Below, in pieces: positions 16,900-26,542 of a DNA stretch of 64,000 bases (within the stretch, counting starts at the first letter, position 1; each line of letters starts with the position of its first letter). Both the position numbers and the translations under genes were made by a program. Under the pieces are notes generated by a model. The model was given only the letters and a program-made list of their open reading frames with translations. It was not told the DNA's origin and did no database searches. The stretch is from an uncultured Bifidobacterium sp. (GTDB taxonomy: Bacteria > Bacteroidota > Bacteroidia > UKL13-3), in assembly GCA_964442045.1 (NCBI GenBank), contig CAYTWI010000006.1:1971-65970 (forward strand). Direction: 5' to 3'.

Positions 16900-17619
16900 A
16901 TGAAAAACATACCCAAATTAAGAGAATTTCGCAACCGCGAATTTGTGCAGTACCTGAAAGATACCGTTAAAATTTACCAGGCTAACGACTTAGCAAAGCT
17001 AAAGCTTGACACCTATGTAGCCGATTTGCTAAAAAACCTGACCACGCTCGATACCCTTTTTGGTGTGGCTAAGAAAAACGAAAACACCGAAACGCTCGAA
17101 AACCTTGATGCCCGGAGAGATGCTGCCATAGTAGGCATAAGAACTGTAGCCGAGGGTTACGAAAGCCATTTTGAAACGGCAGCACAAAAGGCCGGAAAAC
17201 TTATTAAAAGCCGCATTGATAAGTATGGCAGCAAAATTTCTATTTTAAACTATCTGGCCGAAACCAAAGCCATTGGAAGCATAATAAGCGATTTTGAAAA
17301 CGATGACGATGTACAGGATGCCTTGTCGTTATTAAACATAAACAGCTGGGTTAACGAACTTAAAAACGCCAACGAAGCTTTTAATACCATGTATTTAACC
17401 CGTAATAAAGATATAGCCGCACAGCCTGACCAAAACCTGCTGGATGCCCGCACAGATGCTATTCCGGTTTTCAGGAAGCTGATAGAAAAAACAGAAGCGT
17501 TTTACATTGTTGTAGGCGATAATAAGTACAAAAATATAATAGACGAACTGGAAGCCTTAACACAAAAGTATAATGAAAGTGTTCCGAAGCCCACAACCAA
17601 AACACCACCGCAGGCATAA
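16900..17619 (+). CDS. Helical hypothetical protein, possibly DUF6261-like
   Basis: I preferred the ATG at 16900 over the TTG at 16876. The N-terminus 'LREFRNREFVQYLKD' and the overall helical pattern resemble a Bacteroidota family of about 240 aa. The family assignment is tentative. Confidence 0.5.
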   Translation: MKNIPKLREFRNREFVQYLKDTVKIYQANDLAKLKLDTYVADLLKNLTTLDTLFGVAKKNENTETLENLDARRDAAIVGIRTVAEGYESHFETAAQKAGKLIKSRIDKYGSKISILNYLAETKAIGSIISDFENDDDVQDALSLLNINSWVNELKNANEAFNTMYLTRNKDIAAQPDQNLLDARTDAIPVFRKLIEKTEAFYIVVGDNKYKNIIDELEALTQKYNESVPKPTTKTPPQA

Positions 17620-17626
17620 AATATAT

Positions 17627-17660
17627 AAGCCTTTACTTTAGTAAGTAAAGGCTTTTTTGT
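17627..17660 (+). terminator. Rho-independent terminator
   Basis: The sequence is AAGCCTTTACTT-TAGT-AAGTAAAGGCTT followed by TTTTTG, 8 nt after the stop. Confidence 0.8.
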
Positions 17661-17679
17661 TTGTAGTCGTCATTTACCC

Positions 17680-17703
17680 AAGGTTGGTGTCCTCACCAAC
17701 CTT
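17680..17703. repeat. REP-like hairpin AAGGTTGGTG-TCCT-CACCAACCTT
   Basis: This perfect 10-bp stem is identical in its arms to the hairpin at 15855-15878. Confidence 0.65.
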
Positions 17704-17790
17704 TTAAGTACAAGCATAAATTTTTTAGGAAACGTACACACAATTTATTTCCTTGCAATGGCTTACTCATAACAAATAACATACGCCCCT

Positions 17791-18417
17791 ATGGAACAAC
17801 CCGACCAACGCATAGATGCTTATATAGCAAAGGCGCAACCTTTTGCCCAACCCATATTAAAACATTTACGAAAACTCATACACCAGGCCAACCCGGAGGT
17901 AAAGGAAACCATTAAATGGGGTATGCCCAGCTTTGATTACAAGGGACCTTTTTGCAGCATGGCTGCATTTAAGCAACATGTTGCTTTTGGTTTCTGGAAA
18001 CCTTCTTTGTTAAATGACCCTCACGGTTACTTGCAGGAGCGTTCTAACCAGGGTGGCGAAGCCATGGGCAACCTTGGAAGAATAACAAGCTTAAAGGACC
18101 TTCCGCCCGATAAGGTAATTATTGATTTTATTAAACAGGCTAAAAAACTAAATGACGATGGGGTAAAACTACCGCCCAAACCTGTGAAGGAAAAAACAGA
18201 ATTGCTAATACCTGATTACTTTACCGTGGCTTTGAGTAAAAACAAAAAGGCACAGGCCGTATTTGAAAACTTTAGCTACAGTAACAAAAAAGAATATGTA
18301 GAGTGGATTAAAGAAGCTAAAACCGAAAGCACCCGACAAAAACGTTTAGACACAGCCATAGAATGGATAAGTGAAGGCAAAATAAGGAACTGGAAATATT
18401 TAAAACCCAAAGAATAA
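17791..18417 (+). CDS. DUF1801 / YdeI (OmpD-associated) family protein
   Basis: The N-terminus 'IDAYIAKAQPFAQPILKHLRKLI...IKWGMPSF' is DUF1801-like. The C-terminus 'NKKEYVEWIKEAKTESTRQKRLDTAIEWISEGK' is YdeI-like. Confidence 0.7.
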   Translation: MEQPDQRIDAYIAKAQPFAQPILKHLRKLIHQANPEVKETIKWGMPSFDYKGPFCSMAAFKQHVAFGFWKPSLLNDPHGYLQERSNQGGEAMGNLGRITSLKDLPPDKVIIDFIKQAKKLNDDGVKLPPKPVKEKTELLIPDYFTVALSKNKKAQAVFENFSYSNKKEYVEWIKEAKTESTRQKRLDTAIEWISEGKIRNWKYLKPKE

Positions 18418-19500
18418 TTGAACATTTTTACCAAAGCATTTACAGGCACAAGCCTGTTGCTTTTACTTAGCTTCGCTTCCTTTGCACAAACACCCTCGCA
18501 TTTTGCCGATAGCGTTCGTATACATTACCATATACCCGAATTGGCCTATGCAGTTGTTTCTGCCGACCATATTTTGGAAATACAAACACTGGGGGTGCAA
18601 AGGGTAAACACCAATTATAAAGCACGGGCAACGGATTTATTCAGAATAGGCTCTAACACCAAAGCCATTACCGGTTTTATAGCCGCTTTATTGGTTAAGC
18701 AAGGTAAAATTAGCTGGCACACAAAATTTTTCGATTTATACCCCGAGCTGAAAGCCAAAAGCAAGCCGGCTTACCATCAGCTTACCCTGCTTCAGTTACT
18801 TAGTTTCAGAACACGTCTTTTCCCCTATACCTATACCTATAGTAAACCCGCACCCAATCAATTTACAGGCAATGAAGCCGAGCAACGTTACCAGTTTACC
18901 GAATGGTTTTTTCAGCAAAAACCCGTAATGAGCGGGGACAGCATTCACTTTTCCAACTTAGGCTATATAGCCGCAGCCCTTATGCTGGAAAAGGTTTCGG
19001 GTAAACCCTATAAAGAACTGGTAACCGATTTAGCCAAACAACTGAATATTCACATAGGCTTTGGGCCGCCAAACCTAACGGATACGCTACAACCGTGGGG
19101 ACACGACAGTAACCTGAAACCCGAGCCGCCACAGGAAAACCAAAAGCTGAACTGGCTGCTGGCTGCCGGGAATATACACATGAGTATAAACGATTATGCA
19201 AAGTTTATTCAACTGCAACTGGCTGGTTTAGCCGGTAAATCAAGCTTGCTGAGCAAAAAAGAATTTGAGTTTTTACACTTTGGCTTACATACTTTTTCGG
19301 TAGGCTGGTTTTGGGAAAAAGATGAAAACCAGCAAACATACAGTTACAATATAGGCAACCCCGGTACTTTTTTAAGCAAAGTATACGTTTATAAAAACAA
19401 AAACAGAGCTTACATACTGCTTACCAATGCGCAAACCGAAGATACAGATGAAGGCCTGAATGTTTTATACACCCAACTTAAAAAAACATATAACCAATAA
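18418..19500 (+). CDS. Serine hydrolase, beta-lactamase (class C-like) family
   Basis: It has a signal peptide, an SxxK motif 'GSNTK' and a typical length. The TTG start abuts the upstream stop. Confidence 0.75.
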   Translation: MNIFTKAFTGTSLLLLLSFASFAQTPSHFADSVRIHYHIPELAYAVVSADHILEIQTLGVQRVNTNYKARATDLFRIGSNTKAITGFIAALLVKQGKISWHTKFFDLYPELKAKSKPAYHQLTLLQLLSFRTRLFPYTYTYSKPAPNQFTGNEAEQRYQFTEWFFQQKPVMSGDSIHFSNLGYIAAALMLEKVSGKPYKELVTDLAKQLNIHIGFGPPNLTDTLQPWGHDSNLKPEPPQENQKLNWLLAAGNIHMSINDYAKFIQLQLAGLAGKSSLLSKKEFEFLHFGLHTFSVGWFWEKDENQQTYSYNIGNPGTFLSKVYVYKNKNRAYILLTNAQTEDTDEGLNVLYTQLKKTYNQ

Positions 19501-19606
19501 GCTTTGGGTTTATATTTATTCTTAACGGACTTACGCTGCTTTTAAAGGCAAAATGGAATAAGCCGGTTTGTAATTTTTAGTTCAATACCTATATTCGAAC
19601 TACAAA

Positions 19607-20029
19607 ATGAGACAAAAACTAAACTTAATAACGCTTGGCGTTGACGATTTTGAAAAGTCGCTTCACTTTTATGAAACAGGGCTTGGATGGAAAAAGTCTG
19701 ATAAAAGCATGGATGGCTTGGCTTTATTTCCTTTAGGCGGCATAACTTTGGCCTTGCACCCAAGAGCAGAATTAGCTGACGATACTACCCTCCCGTATAC
19801 ACCTGCTGCATTCAGTGGTTTAACCATTTCGTACAATGCTAAATCAGAAAAAGAAGTAGATGATATTATGTTACAGGTAAAACAATTAGGCGCTACCATT
19901 ATTAAACCCGCCCAGCAAGTATTTTGGGGAGGTTACAGCGGTTATTTTAAAGACCTTGACGGACATTTGTTTGAAGTAGCTTTTAATCCGTTTTGGGAAC
20001 TTGACGAAAACGACAACCTGAAACTATAA
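19607..20029 (+). CDS. VOC (glyoxalase/bleomycin-resistance) family protein
   Basis: 'LITLGVDDFEKSLHFYE..LGW' and 'GYFKDLDGHLFEVAFNP' are typical of the family. Confidence 0.8.
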   Translation: MRQKLNLITLGVDDFEKSLHFYETGLGWKKSDKSMDGLALFPLGGITLALHPRAELADDTTLPYTPAAFSGLTISYNAKSEKEVDDIMLQVKQLGATIIKPAQQVFWGGYSGYFKDLDGHLFEVAFNPFWELDENDNLKL

Positions 20030-20125
20030 AACCATTTGCCTGTAAACTAATTAGCTTAATATATTAAAAAGCAGCCTATTAAAACATTTTAATGCATTTG
20101 TCGCACTCAGGCACCCCAATTATAG

Positions 20126-21841
20126 TTACTGGCCATCCTCGCTCACACGTATGCGGCTCCAGTCTTTATTTTTAATAGAATCCATGGCCATCCAGATAGC
20201 AATACACGATAATACAATCAGTAATAAAACAATGGGCCAATAAGCACTGATGGCATAATGTACTACACCCACACCTAAAGGAATAAGCATACTCGCAAGG
20301 CCCCTAATAAAACCACTGCCTTTTACTTTCTGACTGGCCAAAACCGAAAAGGGTAAATTATTAAACGTAAGAAACGCAATAGCAAACACAATAAGCATTT
20401 GGTTACAAACACCTAATATAAAATTAGGCAAAGCACTAATGCCCACAAACCAATAAGCCAAAGCAATAATAAGAGCTGCTACCGGAAAATAAAACTTAAC
20501 TATAATTGACTTTACAGCCCCTAATATCAATGCCCCCGGCTTTTCAATCGGTGTTATATAATATATCCATGCGGCTTTGTATTTATCGGAAAAACTGAGT
20601 TGCATCAAAGCCGTTATCAGTATAAAATTACACAGGTAAATAACAAAAATATAAGTAAACGAATGAGGGTCCGGTAAGGAAATTTTACTTCCTTCATCAG
20701 CATTTTTAAAAAATATAAGCACGGCATACACCAGCAAATAACCCAGCGATGGATAAACCTTCATTTTAAAATCGCGGCTCCGGGCAGTCATTTTCCACGT
20801 ATGTAAAAAGCCCATTCTTTCTGGCCCGGCTTTGGTAATTAAGTTACTGAAGAATTGGGCGTATTTATCGCTTTTTATCTTGGTTTCAGGCTGTTTTAAT
20901 GTGTTTGTCGCAGTTGGTTCATCGCCTGTACTGCCAACCATAGCCAGCTTTTGGTTAAACGAAGGGGCAAAATATTTTACCACCACATAAATACTAAAAA
21001 AAGGAACCACCAAAGCCAGTAAAAGGCAGGTTAACAACTTTAATTCACCGCTAAAAGAATGTAAATATTGCCAGGCTCCGGCAAACCAATAAGGCGGGGT
21101 TAACATTGCCCAGGTTGAATCTTTTAAACTAAAACTGGTGATGGATGATTTTGAAATAAGTCGTGGTACAACCTGGTAACTGGCATAAACCGTTACCGCA
21201 AACACAATTTGAAAATAAGAAATAATGTTTTTAAACCTTTGCGGGGTGGTTATTTTTAATACTAAAATGTAAACCGCGTTTATTAAAAATATAGTGAGCA
21301 AAGTAGCCAATATAACCAGTAGAAATAATACTAAAAAGGCCCAGAAACCTTCCGTATAAAATATAAAAGCAAAGCTTACCAGCGTTAACGGAACAACTAT
21401 TTTAGTCACAAAAACGATGATGTACAACAAGCGCGAAATAACAAAAGTACTGTCGTTAACCGGCTTGGGTAGTATAATGGCATTGTCCCTTACATCAATT
21501 AAAACAGTCGTAAAATCGGCTATTAAAACAGAGGCCAGGAAGAAAATATAAAAAGAGAAAAAGAAACTCAGTTTAGTAATATAATCAGCTCCGATAAAAA
21601 ATGAGAACAGGAACATCATACCCAGAAACACCGAAATAATCATATTTCTTACACCCTGCATCTGCGATGTTTTACCCGGTTTTGCGGCTTTAAAACCCCT
21701 AAAACTGCTAGGCATTCTGTTACCCATCATAATTTTAGTGGTCAGTATGGCTTTTAGCTGCTTGGTATCGACACCCATTTGGCGGAAAAAGCCTTCAGGG
21801 AGCAGAACCAGCATAACAAGGAATTTATCAATTACATTCAT
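20126..21841 (-). CDS. Large polytopic membrane protein, putative permease partner of the upstream ABC ATPase
   Basis: This 571-aa protein has at least 10 hydrophobic segments. It lies 11 nt downstream of the ATPase gene on the same strand. Confidence 0.55.
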   Translation of the reverse strand: MNVIDKFLVMLVLLPEGFFRQMGVDTKQLKAILTTKIMMGNRMPSSFRGFKAAKPGKTSQMQGVRNMIISVFLGMMFLFSFFIGADYITKLSFFFSFYIFFLASVLIADFTTVLIDVRDNAIILPKPVNDSTFVISRLLYIIVFVTKIVVPLTLVSFAFIFYTEGFWAFLVLFLLVILATLLTIFLINAVYILVLKITTPQRFKNIISYFQIVFAVTVYASYQVVPRLISKSSITSFSLKDSTWAMLTPPYWFAGAWQYLHSFSGELKLLTCLLLALVVPFFSIYVVVKYFAPSFNQKLAMVGSTGDEPTATNTLKQPETKIKSDKYAQFFSNLITKAGPERMGFLHTWKMTARSRDFKMKVYPSLGYLLVYAVLIFFKNADEGSKISLPDPHSFTYIFVIYLCNFILITALMQLSFSDKYKAAWIYYITPIEKPGALILGAVKSIIVKFYFPVAALIIALAYWFVGISALPNFILGVCNQMLIVFAIAFLTFNNLPFSVLASQKVKGSGFIRGLASMLIPLGVGVVHYAISAYWPIVLLLIVLSCIAIWMAMDSIKNKDWSRIRVSEDGQ

Positions 21842-21852
21842 TCTGTTAAAAA

Positions 21853-22626
21853 TTAAGCATTAAAAGCACTCATTAATTCATCCGAAGCATTGGTATTGCC
21901 TTCCTTATGGGTCAACTGTGAGAATATTTGTTCCAGACTTTGGTTACCCTGCTGTTGTTTAAGCTCTTCAAAACTTCCATCAGCAACTACTTTTCCATTG
22001 TTAATTAAAACAATTCTGTCACTTACCTTTTCTACCACATCCATCATATGGCTGCAATAAAAAATGGTTTTACCCTCCTTAGCCAGCTTACTGATAAGCT
22101 CTTTTACTATAATAACACTGTTGGCGTCCAAACCACTCAGCGGTTCATCTAAAATAATTATATCCGGATTATGTAATAAACCCGATATAATTAAAACCTT
22201 TTGGCGCATACCCTTGCTAAAAGTATCCATGCGTTGGTTCATGCTGCTTTCCAAACCAAAAGCAGTCAGCATTTTTACCATTCTTTCCCGGGCCACAACC
22301 AAATCAATACTATACAATTCGGCCATGAAAGATAAAAACTCAATGGGCGTTAAAACCTCGTAAAGCTCAGCCAGTTCAGGCACATAGCCAATTTTTTGTT
22401 TTATTTTTAAGGCATCCGTTTTTACGTTCATACCATGTACCAAAACTTCGCCTTCAAAATCGCTTATTAAACCACACAGTATTTTAACTGTAGTGCTTTT
22501 ACCGGCACCATTGGCTCCTATATACCCAATAACCTGTCCAGGATAAATAGTTAAATTAATGCCAGAAAGCACCTGTTTGCTTCCATAGCTTTTTTGTACG
22601 TTTTGTAAACTTATTATTGGTTCCAT
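21853..22626 (-). CDS. ABC transporter ATP-binding protein (ABC-2 exporter type)
   Basis: It has Walker A 'GANGAGKST', the signature 'FSKGMRQK' and Walker B 'IIILDEP'. Confidence 0.9.
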   Translation of the reverse strand: MEPIISLQNVQKSYGSKQVLSGINLTIYPGQVIGYIGANGAGKSTTVKILCGLISDFEGEVLVHGMNVKTDALKIKQKIGYVPELAELYEVLTPIEFLSFMAELYSIDLVVARERMVKMLTAFGLESSMNQRMDTFSKGMRQKVLIISGLLHNPDIIILDEPLSGLDANSVIIVKELISKLAKEGKTIFYCSHMMDVVEKVSDRIVLINNGKVVADGSFEELKQQQGNQSLEQIFSQLTHKEGNTNASDELMSAFNA

Positions 22627-22653
22627 AGCCTGTTTGTTTCAATTAATAAAATA

Positions 22654-23451
22654 CTATTGTTTAAAATGTGTTTTTATAACCTCGTAAAAAGGTTCATATA
22701 AAGCCGCTGACGATGCAATTAACGTTTTATCAAACACATAATCATTACCTCCACTAAAAGTTGACAGCTTACCGCCTGCCTGCTGCACAATAAAGGCACC
22801 ACCTGCTACATCCCAAGGGTGTAAACCGTACTCAAAAAAGCCATCAAATCGGCCACAGGCTGTATAAGCCAGGTCAACAGCAGCACTACCCATTCTGCGC
22901 ATACCTTGTGTATTTACCATTAAATAGCGCAATGCCGATAAGTAATTTTCCATTACTTCAAAGTCGTAATAAGGGAAACCCGTTGCCAGGAGTGATTTAC
23001 CTAATTCAGCATTTTGCTTCACATAAATAACCTCATTATTTAAATACGCTTTGCTTCCCTGCCAGGCATAAAACATTTCGTCCCTGTTGCACTCATATAC
23101 TACACCCAACACCAACTCATTATTTTGCATTAAGCCAATGCTTACACTAAACACAGGCAAAGCATGAATAAAATTGGTGGTTCCGTCCAATGGATCAATA
23201 ATCCACATGAACTCTTTTTGTTCAGTTGCTATGGTGGCCTCTTCCGTTATAAAACCGGCAGCCGGCATTATTTTCTGCAGGGTTTCAACCAGCATTTCCT
23301 CTGCTGTTTTATCAACATAGCTTACCAATTGGTTAAATGTTTTTGTTTCTACTTTATCCATGCTAAAAGCCTTGCGCTCACGCATAATAAATAAACCGGC
23401 CTGTTTGGCTGCCTCGCAAACCCGTAGGCATAAATTCTCACTTATTATCAC
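22654..23451 (-). CDS. Inositol monophosphatase family protein
   Basis: 'DLVSYVDKTAEE', 'WIIDPLDGTTNF' and 'WDVAGGAFIVQQAGG' are IMPase motifs. A GTG start at 23451 gives 265 aa, beginning '(M)IISENLCLRVCEAAKQAG', which has the normal family length. The ATG-extended ORF reaching 23727 is rejected. Confidence 0.75.
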   Translation of the reverse strand: MIISENLCLRVCEAAKQAGLFIMRERKAFSMDKVETKTFNQLVSYVDKTAEEMLVETLQKIMPAAGFITEEATIATEQKEFMWIIDPLDGTTNFIHALPVFSVSIGLMQNNELVLGVVYECNRDEMFYAWQGSKAYLNNEVIYVKQNAELGKSLLATGFPYYDFEVMENYLSALRYLMVNTQGMRRMGSAAVDLAYTACGRFDGFFEYGLHPWDVAGGAFIVQQAGGKLSTFSGGNDYVFDKTLIASSAALYEPFYEVIKTHFKQ

Positions 23452-23530
23452 GCAGCCAAAATAAGCATACAACCCACAAAATTTATAATTTAAATAATTA
23501 GCTTTGGACAATAAACTATTTACATACCCC

Positions 23531-24556
23531 ATGATTGATTTAAGAAGTGATACAGTAACTACCCCTACTAAAGCTATGCTTGATGCGATGATGAAAGCAC
23601 ATGTAGGTGACGATGTTTTTGGCGAAGACCCAACAGTAAACGAATTACAAAAATTTGCCGCCAATATGTTTGGTATGGAGGCAGCCTTGTTTTGTGCAAG
23701 CGGCACCATGACCAACCAGATAGCCATAAAACTTCACACCCAACCGGGCGATGAAATTATTTGCGATAAGCTAGCCCATGTTTATTTATACGAAGGCGGT
23801 GGCATAGGTTTTAACTCCGGTTGTTCTGTGCGTTTGGTGGAAGGAATTCTTGGTAAATTCACAGCCCAGCAAGTTCTTGAAAACATAAACGACCCCCACA
23901 ATATTCACTTTCCTACCACTAAATTAGTTTGCATAGAAAATACTGTAAACAAAGGTGGTGGAGCCTGCTGGAGTTTCAATGAAATAAAGGCCATTAAAGC
24001 TATCTGCCAGCAAAACGGTTTAGCCTTACACCTTGATGGGGCACGTTTATTCAATGCTTTGGTAGCAAAAAATGAAAGCCCTGCACAATACGGCCAGGTA
24101 TTCGATACCATTTCCATTTGCCTGAGCAAAGGTCTTGGTGCTCCGGTTGGCTCCCTGTTACTGGGAAGCAAACAACATATAGAAAAAGCAACCCGTTTAC
24201 GCAAAGTAATGGGCGGAGGTATGCGCCAGTCAGGATTTTTAGCTGCTGCAGGCCTTTACGCATTACAACACAATATAGAGCGTTTAAGAACAGATCACGA
24301 AAGAGCTGTTATCATATCAGAAATAATAGACAAGGCCAACATAGCCAGTTACATTTTACCCGTTGAAACCAACATTGTTATTTTTCAATTAGCCGAACAC
24401 ATCCAGCTTGATAATTTTATGGAACAGCTAAAAGTTAATAACATAAAAGCAGCAACCATGGGAAATCGACTCTTTAGGTTTGTATTGCATTTATCTATAA
24501 ATGAGAAAGATTTCGATAATTTAACAAAAAATTTAAACTCACTAAAACTTAACTGA
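23531..24556 (+). CDS. ltaE: Low-specificity L-threonine aldolase
   Basis: '[40 protein letters not shown]' is the canonical N-terminus. '[11 protein letters not shown]' contains the PLP lysine. Confidence 0.85.
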   Translation: MIDLRSDTVTTPTKAMLDAMMKAHVGDDVFGEDPTVNELQKFAANMFGMEAALFCASGTMTNQIAIKLHTQPGDEIICDKLAHVYLYEGGGIGFNSGCSVRLVEGILGKFTAQQVLENINDPHNIHFPTTKLVCIENTVNKGGGACWSFNEIKAIKAICQQNGLALHLDGARLFNALVAKNESPAQYGQVFDTISICLSKGLGAPVGSLLLGSKQHIEKATRLRKVMGGGMRQSGFLAAAGLYALQHNIERLRTDHERAVIISEIIDKANIASYILPVETNIVIFQLAEHIQLDNFMEQLKVNNIKAATMGNRLFRFVLHLSINEKDFDNLTKNLNSLKLN

Positions 24557-24605
24557 TAAAGACTTGGTTTTTTTAAAACTTATTTACCATATTCGCCCTC
24601 TGTTT

Positions 24606-25016
24606 ATGAATAAAAGAATATTAACCTTAATTATAATGGTTTGTGCTATAACCATTAATACACAAGCACAATCAAAAAAGAAAGCCCCTAAAGGATACGA
24701 TGCTATTTATCCGTTTATAAAAGGCAAAGCCAAAGTAGTAAAGGCTGGTAAAATAGGTTATATTAACGAAGTAGGCGAAGAGTTTATTCCTTGTAAATAC
24801 GAAGAAATTTATCCATTTGAAGGCGGAAGAGCCAAAGTAATGCGCAATGGAAAATACGGTTATATTAATGAACAGGGCGAAGAAATAATTGAATGTAAAT
24901 TTGATTATATAGGTGCTTTTAAAAACGGCCGCGCTATTGTAAAATATAACGGTAAGCTTGAAGTAATTGATATGGAAGGCAATGTTATTACCGAAGCCAA
25001 TCACGGTGCACAATAA
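24606..25016 (+). CDS. WG-repeat (KWG) containing secreted protein
   Basis: A signal peptide is followed by three repeats of the form 'YDAIYPFIKGKAKVVKAGKIGYINEVGEEFIPCKY'. Confidence 0.7.
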   Translation: MNKRILTLIIMVCAITINTQAQSKKKAPKGYDAIYPFIKGKAKVVKAGKIGYINEVGEEFIPCKYEEIYPFEGGRAKVMRNGKYGYINEQGEEIIECKFDYIGAFKNGRAIVKYNGKLEVIDMEGNVITEANHGAQ

Positions 25017-25144
25017 TCTGCATATATTGTATTGCGTCCTAAAATCTGATATTTTTAAGGTTTTTTGTGCAAATCAAAACAAATACTAAATTCGAACGGT
25101 TTTAATAAATAGATACTAAAAAAATAAAGTTGATAAAATAAAAA

Positions 25145-26461
25145 ATGGGTAACTTAAAGAACAAATTTGCAGAAAAAGCGCTTCCATTAGCGGTAGAGAT
25201 TAGAAATTTTGTTAAAGAAAATGGAAATGTAGTTCTCGGCAATTTTACAGTAGAAGATGTATATGCAGGTCAAAAAGGAATTATTGGTTTATTGACCGAA
25301 ACTTCTTTGTTAGACTCAAACGAAGGTATCCGTTTCAGAGGGTATACAATTCCGGAGTTACGCCAGTTATTACCAAAAGTTCCGGGTGGAACAGAACCGT
25401 TACCTGAAGGCCTTTTCTATTTAATGTTATTAGGTGAGTTACCAACTTACGATGATGTATTAGCTATACAGGCAGATTGGGCAACAAGAGCAGAAGTGCC
25501 GGCACACGTATTTGCAGCATTAGATGCATTGCCTTTAACTACCCACCCAATGACCCAGTTTTCAATAGCCATTAATGCATTACAAACAGAATCAGTTTTT
25601 GCTAAAGCATACAAAGATGGTATTAACAAAAAAGACTATTGGGATTATACTTACGAAGACGTTTGTACTTTATTAGCCCGCTTACCTCGAGTAGCAGCTT
25701 ATATTTACCGCAGAACCTACAAAAACAATGAGCATATTGCTGCCGACCCTAAATTAGATTGGGCAGGAAATTTTGCCCACATGTTAGGTTACGACCAAAA
25801 CGAGTTTTACAAATTAATGCGTTTATACCTGGTAATTCATGCTGATCATGAAGGAGGGAACGTATCGGCTCATACAACCCACTTGGTTGGTTCAGCTTTA
25901 TCAGATTCATATTTATCATTAGCTGCAGCTATGAATGGTCTTGCAGGACCGTTACACGGATTAGCCAATCAGGAAGTAATCCGTTGGATAAAAGACATGC
26001 AGGAAGAAATTGGCCCCGAACCAACAGAAGAAGAAATTGCATCCTATATTCACAAAACCCTAACCGAAGGAAAAGTAGTTCCAGGTTATGGCCACGCAGT
26101 ATTACGCAAAACAGACCCTCGTTTTACAGCTCAGCAAGAGTTTGCTAAAACTTACATGCCTGACGACCAATTGGTAAATATAGTTTGGAAAATATACAAA
26201 GTAGCTCCTCCTATTTTAGAAAATACGGGTAAAATTAAAAACCCTTGGCCAAATGTTGATGCACATTCAGGTGCTTTACTATTACATTATGGCTTTACTG
26301 AGTACGAGTTTTACACCGTTTTATTTGGGGTAAGCCGCGCTTTAGGTGTAATGGCATCTCTATTATGGGATAGAGCTTTAGGATTACCTTTAGAACGTCC
26401 TAAATCAGTTACCTATGAATGGTTAAAAAATACAGTTGCTGCTAAAAAAGCAACATCATAA
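25145..26461 (+). CDS. gltA: Citrate synthase
   Basis: 'HADHEGGNVSAHTTHLVGSALSD' and 'GYGHAVLRKTDPR' are active-site motifs. The length is 438 aa. Confidence 0.9.
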   Translation: MGNLKNKFAEKALPLAVEIRNFVKENGNVVLGNFTVEDVYAGQKGIIGLLTETSLLDSNEGIRFRGYTIPELRQLLPKVPGGTEPLPEGLFYLMLLGELPTYDDVLAIQADWATRAEVPAHVFAALDALPLTTHPMTQFSIAINALQTESVFAKAYKDGINKKDYWDYTYEDVCTLLARLPRVAAYIYRRTYKNNEHIAADPKLDWAGNFAHMLGYDQNEFYKLMRLYLVIHADHEGGNVSAHTTHLVGSALSDSYLSLAAAMNGLAGPLHGLANQEVIRWIKDMQEEIGPEPTEEEIASYIHKTLTEGKVVPGYGHAVLRKTDPRFTAQQEFAKTYMPDDQLVNIVWKIYKVAPPILENTGKIKNPWPNVDAHSGALLLHYGFTEYEFYTVLFGVSRALGVMASLLWDRALGLPLERPKSVTYEWLKNTVAAKKATS

Positions 26462-26480
26462 TTTTAAAAAAATACTCTTT

Positions 26481-26519
26481 AAAAACCTCTATCGTAAAAA
26501 ATAGAGGTTTTTCTTTTTT
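26481..26519 (+). terminator. Rho-independent terminator of gltA
   Basis: The sequence is AAAAACCTCTAT-CGTAAAAA-ATAGAGGTTTTT followed by CTTTTTT. Confidence 0.85.
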
Positions 26520-26542
26520 CACTGTTTTATTTCGTTTCAGAG

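Noticed and set aside
22654-23727. A 357-aa ATG-initiated ORF extends the IMPase gene about 275 nt upstream and overlaps the threonine aldolase gene in antisense.
   Set aside because: The first 90 or so residues are not IMPase-like and appear to be only the antisense reading of ltaE and the spacer. IMPase homology begins at '..ENLCLRVCEAAKQAG'. An in-frame GTG at 23451 gives the normal length of about 265 aa and leaves a 79-bp divergent promoter region.
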